Source of the DNA: Micavibrio aeruginosavorus
GTDB lineage: Bacteria > Pseudomonadota > Alphaproteobacteria > Micavibrionales > Micavibrionaceae
Assembly (NCBI GenBank): GCA_003240795.1
Contig: QFNK01000001.1
Coordinates: 1 to 37,706 of the forward strand
Length of the DNA: 37,706 bases
Direction of reading: 5' to 3'
The position numbers and the translations under genes are program-made. The stretch's first letter is position 1, and every line of letters begins with the position of its first letter. This document shows positions 35,720 to 37,706 of this stretch, piece after piece. The notes below the pieces were generated by a model. That model made no database searches, was not told the DNA's origin, and saw nothing but the letters and a program-made list of their open reading frames with translations.

Positions 35720-36796
35720 CTAGTTCCTTTTTGTTTTCGGCGGTACGAAGGGGAACGGGGCCAATACGGCCTCTATATCCCGCCCGCGCACGCGGACGAG
35801 GACGGCATCCCCGGTTTTTCCAAGCTTTGGATCAATGTACGCCTGCCCGATGGCTTCGTTCAAGGTGGGGGAGAAGCCGCCGGACGTGACATCCCCAAGT
35901 TTTTCGCCGGACAGGGTGAATAGTTCGGCGCCTTCACGCGCTATGCCCTTGCCAGTCAGCTTGAATCCGGTGCGCAGGCGCGGCGCGCCTTTCTGGAGCT
36001 GTGCGCGCACTGTTTTCGCGCCGACATATCCGGTGCGGTCCTTGCCGATGATCCAGCGCAGGTCGGCCTCTACAGGGGTGGTATCGGCATCCAGATCATG
36101 GCCATAAAGCGGGTATCCCATTTCAAGGCGCAGGGAATCGCGGGCCGCAAGGCCTACGGGTTTCACATACGGATGTGCCATCAGGCGGTTCCATGCGGAT
36201 TCGGCATGATCGGCCTGCATGCTGATTTCAAATCCGTCTTCGCCAGTGTAACCCAAGCGGCTGACCCAGCAGGGACCGAATTCCATGATGCGCATGTAAC
36301 CGAGATTTGCTGCATCTATTTCCAGCGCTTCGCGCAGCACGGCTTCGGCTTTCGGGCCTTGAAGGGCGAGAAGGGCGCGATCCGTCAGATGCGTCAATGT
36401 TGCATCCTGCGGCAGGTTTTGCTGCAGCCAGGCGATGTCCTTATCCTTGCATCCAGCATTGATGACGGCGAAGAATTTGTCATCCGAGATGCGGGTGACG
36501 ATCAGGTCGTCCGTGATGCCGCCATGCTCGTTGGTCAGGACAGTGTATTTGGCGATGCCGTGTTTTTGCGAGGCGATGGCAGAGGGGGTCAGTTTTTCCC
36601 AGAAGGCGGCCGCGCCATCGCCTTCGACTACGATCTGACCCATATGGGATACGTCGAACAGGCCGCAATGCTCCCGCGTCCAGTTATGTTCAGCCAAGAC
36701 GCCGCTCTCATACTGGATCGGCATGTCATATCCGGCGAATTCGGCCATTCTTGCTTTTAATTCAAGGTGCCTGGCGTGCAGGGGCGTTGTTTTCAT
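35720..36796 (-). CDS. gcvT: glycine cleavage system aminomethyltransferase T
   Basis: 358 aa. TPLHARHLELKARMAEFAGYDMPIQY and HCGLFDVSHMGQI. Confidence 0.97.
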   Translation of the reverse strand: MKTTPLHARHLELKARMAEFAGYDMPIQYESGVLAEHNWTREHCGLFDVSHMGQIVVEGDGAAAFWEKLTPSAIASQKHGIAKYTVLTNEHGGITDDLIVTRISDDKFFAVINAGCKDKDIAWLQQNLPQDATLTHLTDRALLALQGPKAEAVLREALEIDAANLGYMRIMEFGPCWVSRLGYTGEDGFEISMQADHAESAWNRLMAHPYVKPVGLAARDSLRLEMGYPLYGHDLDADTTPVEADLRWIIGKDRTGYVGAKTVRAQLQKGAPRLRTGFKLTGKGIAREGAELFTLSGEKLGDVTSGGFSPTLNEAIGQAYIDPKLGKTGDAVLVRVRGRDIEAVLAPFPFVPPKTKRN

Positions 36797-36901
36797 GGTG
36801 CTTCTTGCCTTTCTACGGCCGCGTCCATATATTATTTCTTAAAGGTGTGATTGTAGAATTTTTACCACGCCGGATACCGGATTTGAAAAGGAGACACGGA
36901 T

Positions 36902-36994
36902 ATGTCCACAGACACGAAAAAAGAGACAGACAAAAAAGACGAACAAGGCAAAGGCGGCCATGGACATGGCTGCGGTTGCGGCCACAGCCACTAA
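36902..36994 (+). CDS. 30-aa His/Cys/Gly-rich small protein (candidate metal-binding peptide), not in the ORF track
   Basis: AAGGAG lies 8 nt upstream of the ATG. Translation: MSTDTKKETDKKDEQGKGGHGHGCGCGHSH. A TAA stop is followed 17 nt later by a strong terminator. The track shows only a spurious 240-aa read-through in another frame. Confidence 0.6.
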   Translation: MSTDTKKETDKKDEQGKGGHGHGCGCGHSH

Positions 36995-37010
36995 GCTTTA
37001 CATATTCAGA

Positions 37011-37037
37011 AAAACCCCGCTTCAAGCGGGGTTTTTT
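37011..37037 (+). terminator. rho-independent terminator of the small-peptide gene
   Basis: AAAA-CCCCGCT-tca-AGCGGGG-TTTTTT. Confidence 0.85.
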
Positions 37038-37095
37038 ATTGGAACCGTCGCGGCGTCCGGGCGTTTTCAAACGGATATTTGAAAGGAGCCTTATC

Positions 37096-37473
37096 ATGAA
37101 ACGCAAGAATGTTATTTTGCTGACACTGGCAGGCGTGGCGCTTTTGGCGGCTACCGCAGGTGCAAGTGCCTATATCGCTCATGAAAGAGCGATGGATGAA
37201 AAAGCGGCGCCCCAGAAAGTCGCGGCGAAAAAAGAAACCATTACGTGGAACAGCGAGCGTCAGGCCGCTAAGCCCCAGCCGCAGCAGCAGGCCGCGAACA
37301 CGTGCGATGATGCGAATATTGTCGGCGCTGCGATCGGTGCGGTTGCAGGCGGCTTTGCCGGTAATCAGGTCGGCAAGGGCAGAGGGCAGGATCTGGCCAC
37401 CGTTGGCGGTGCTATCGGCGGCGGTTATCTGGGCAAGGAATATATCCCGACCCGCAACGTTTTGTGCCCGTAA
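37096..37473 (+). CDS. glycine-zipper 2TM domain protein (SlyB / 17-kDa surface antigen-like)
   Basis: GAAAGGAG lies 7 nt upstream of the ATG at 37096. Signal/TM segment VILLTLAGVALLAATAGASA and C-terminal IVGAAIGAVAGGFAGNQVGKGRGQDLATVGGAIGGGYLG. Confidence 0.85.
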   Translation: MKRKNVILLTLAGVALLAATAGASAYIAHERAMDEKAAPQKVAAKKETITWNSERQAAKPQPQQQAANTCDDANIVGAAIGAVAGGFAGNQVGKGRGQDLATVGGAIGGGYLGKEYIPTRNVLCP

Positions 37474-37474
37474 A

Positions 37475-37706
37475 TCAGGCCAAACCGCCGACAGGCACGG
37501 CATATAAATCATAATCGTCCGCGTCTTCGACCATGACGGGGACGATATCTCCCGCCTTGAGGTTTGCGGCGTCGCGCAGGAAGACTTTACCGTCGATTTC
37601 CGGTGCATCCCCTTCGGAGCGGGCATCCGCACCGCCGTCTTCGCCGACTTCATCGATGATGACGTTGATGATTTTTCCGACTTTTTGTTGCAGCTTTGTT
37701 GCGCTG
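37475..37706 (-). CDS. rimO: ribosomal protein S12 methylthiotransferase RimO, C-terminal TRAM domain (5' end beyond the right edge)
   Basis: Hand translation of the minus strand: ...[66 protein letters not shown]. This matches the typical RimO C-terminus. Not in the track because there is no start in the window. Confidence 0.8.
   Translation of the reverse strand, partial: SATKLQQKVGKIINVIIDEVGEDGGADARSEGDAPEIDGKVFLRDAANLKAGDIVPVMVEDADDYDLYAVPVGGLA

Noticed and set aside
36797-36900. Glycine riboswitch upstream of gcvT.
   Set aside because: The conserved GGAGAG, CACCGAAGGGGCAA and CUCAGGCAAAAGGAC elements are not visible on the minus strand, and the leader is short. I report the absence as an observation rather than annotating an RNA. 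An Infernal scan would be decisive.
36902-37095. The small His/Cys/Gly ORF as a leader peptide of a transcription attenuator controlling the downstream glycine-zipper gene.
   Set aside because: The layout (short ORF, terminator, then gene) is suggestive. However, I could not find an upstream segment complementary to the 5' arm of the terminator (no AGCGGGG-like antiterminator partner). The downstream gene also has its own strong SD and probably its own promoter.
37036-37653. 205-aa minus-strand ORF spanning the glycine-zipper gene and the rimO 3' end.
   Set aside because: It is antisense to a well-supported gene and out of frame with the clear RimO TRAM-domain reading frame. The sequence is of low information content.
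1-37706. CRISPR arrays, long tandem repeats, rRNA, tmRNA, RNase P, SRP RNA, integrases, intact transposases, toxin-antitoxin pairs and known defence systems.
   Set aside because: A line-by-line reading found no regularly spaced direct repeats, no conserved RNA motifs other than the single tRNA, and no ORFs with recombinase, nuclease or defence-domain signatures.

Overview
This 37.7-kb segment is mostly housekeeping chromosome, roughly mid-50s % GC by eye. Several features point to an alphaproteobacterium (inference only). These are the gene orders DUF815-yajC-secD-secF-Mth938...NDUFAF6-like...trmFO, serS-pcm-nlpD-like and ChvG-like kinase-rapZ, plus a GTTC-N7-GTTC SOS box. I support about 40 protein-coding genes: ahcY, rapZ, class A PBP, mgtE, maeB, yhhQ, lipB, an FGase-family gene, serS, pcm, a LysM/M23 peptidase, a DUF815 ATPase, yajC, secD, secF, TerC, sodB, trmFO, a Y-family polymerase, TerB-like, mliC-like, gcvT-H-PA-PB and the rimO 3' end. 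There is also one tRNA-Leu(GAG), several clean intrinsic terminators and one SOS box. I saw no CRISPR array, rRNA, integrase or intact transposase.

The most unusual observations are:
1. A 27-bp palindrome built from two head-to-head consensus DnaA-box 9-mers (TGTGGAYAA-N9-TTATCCACA). It occurs twice with identical spacing, inside two unrelated coding regions 6.1 kb apart.
2. An unannotated 30-codon gene with a strong SD and its own terminator. It encodes a His/Cys/Gly-rich peptide next to the gcv operon.
3. A low-GC islet beside tRNA-Leu that encodes a receiver-less protein with two tandem OmpR-type winged-helix domains.
4. A 5'-truncated ChvG-like histidine kinase remnant.
5. A 350-bp AT-rich spacer carrying an orphan plus-strand terminator.

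Many long ORFs in the track are antisense or over-extended artefacts of GC-rich coding DNA, and I rejected them.
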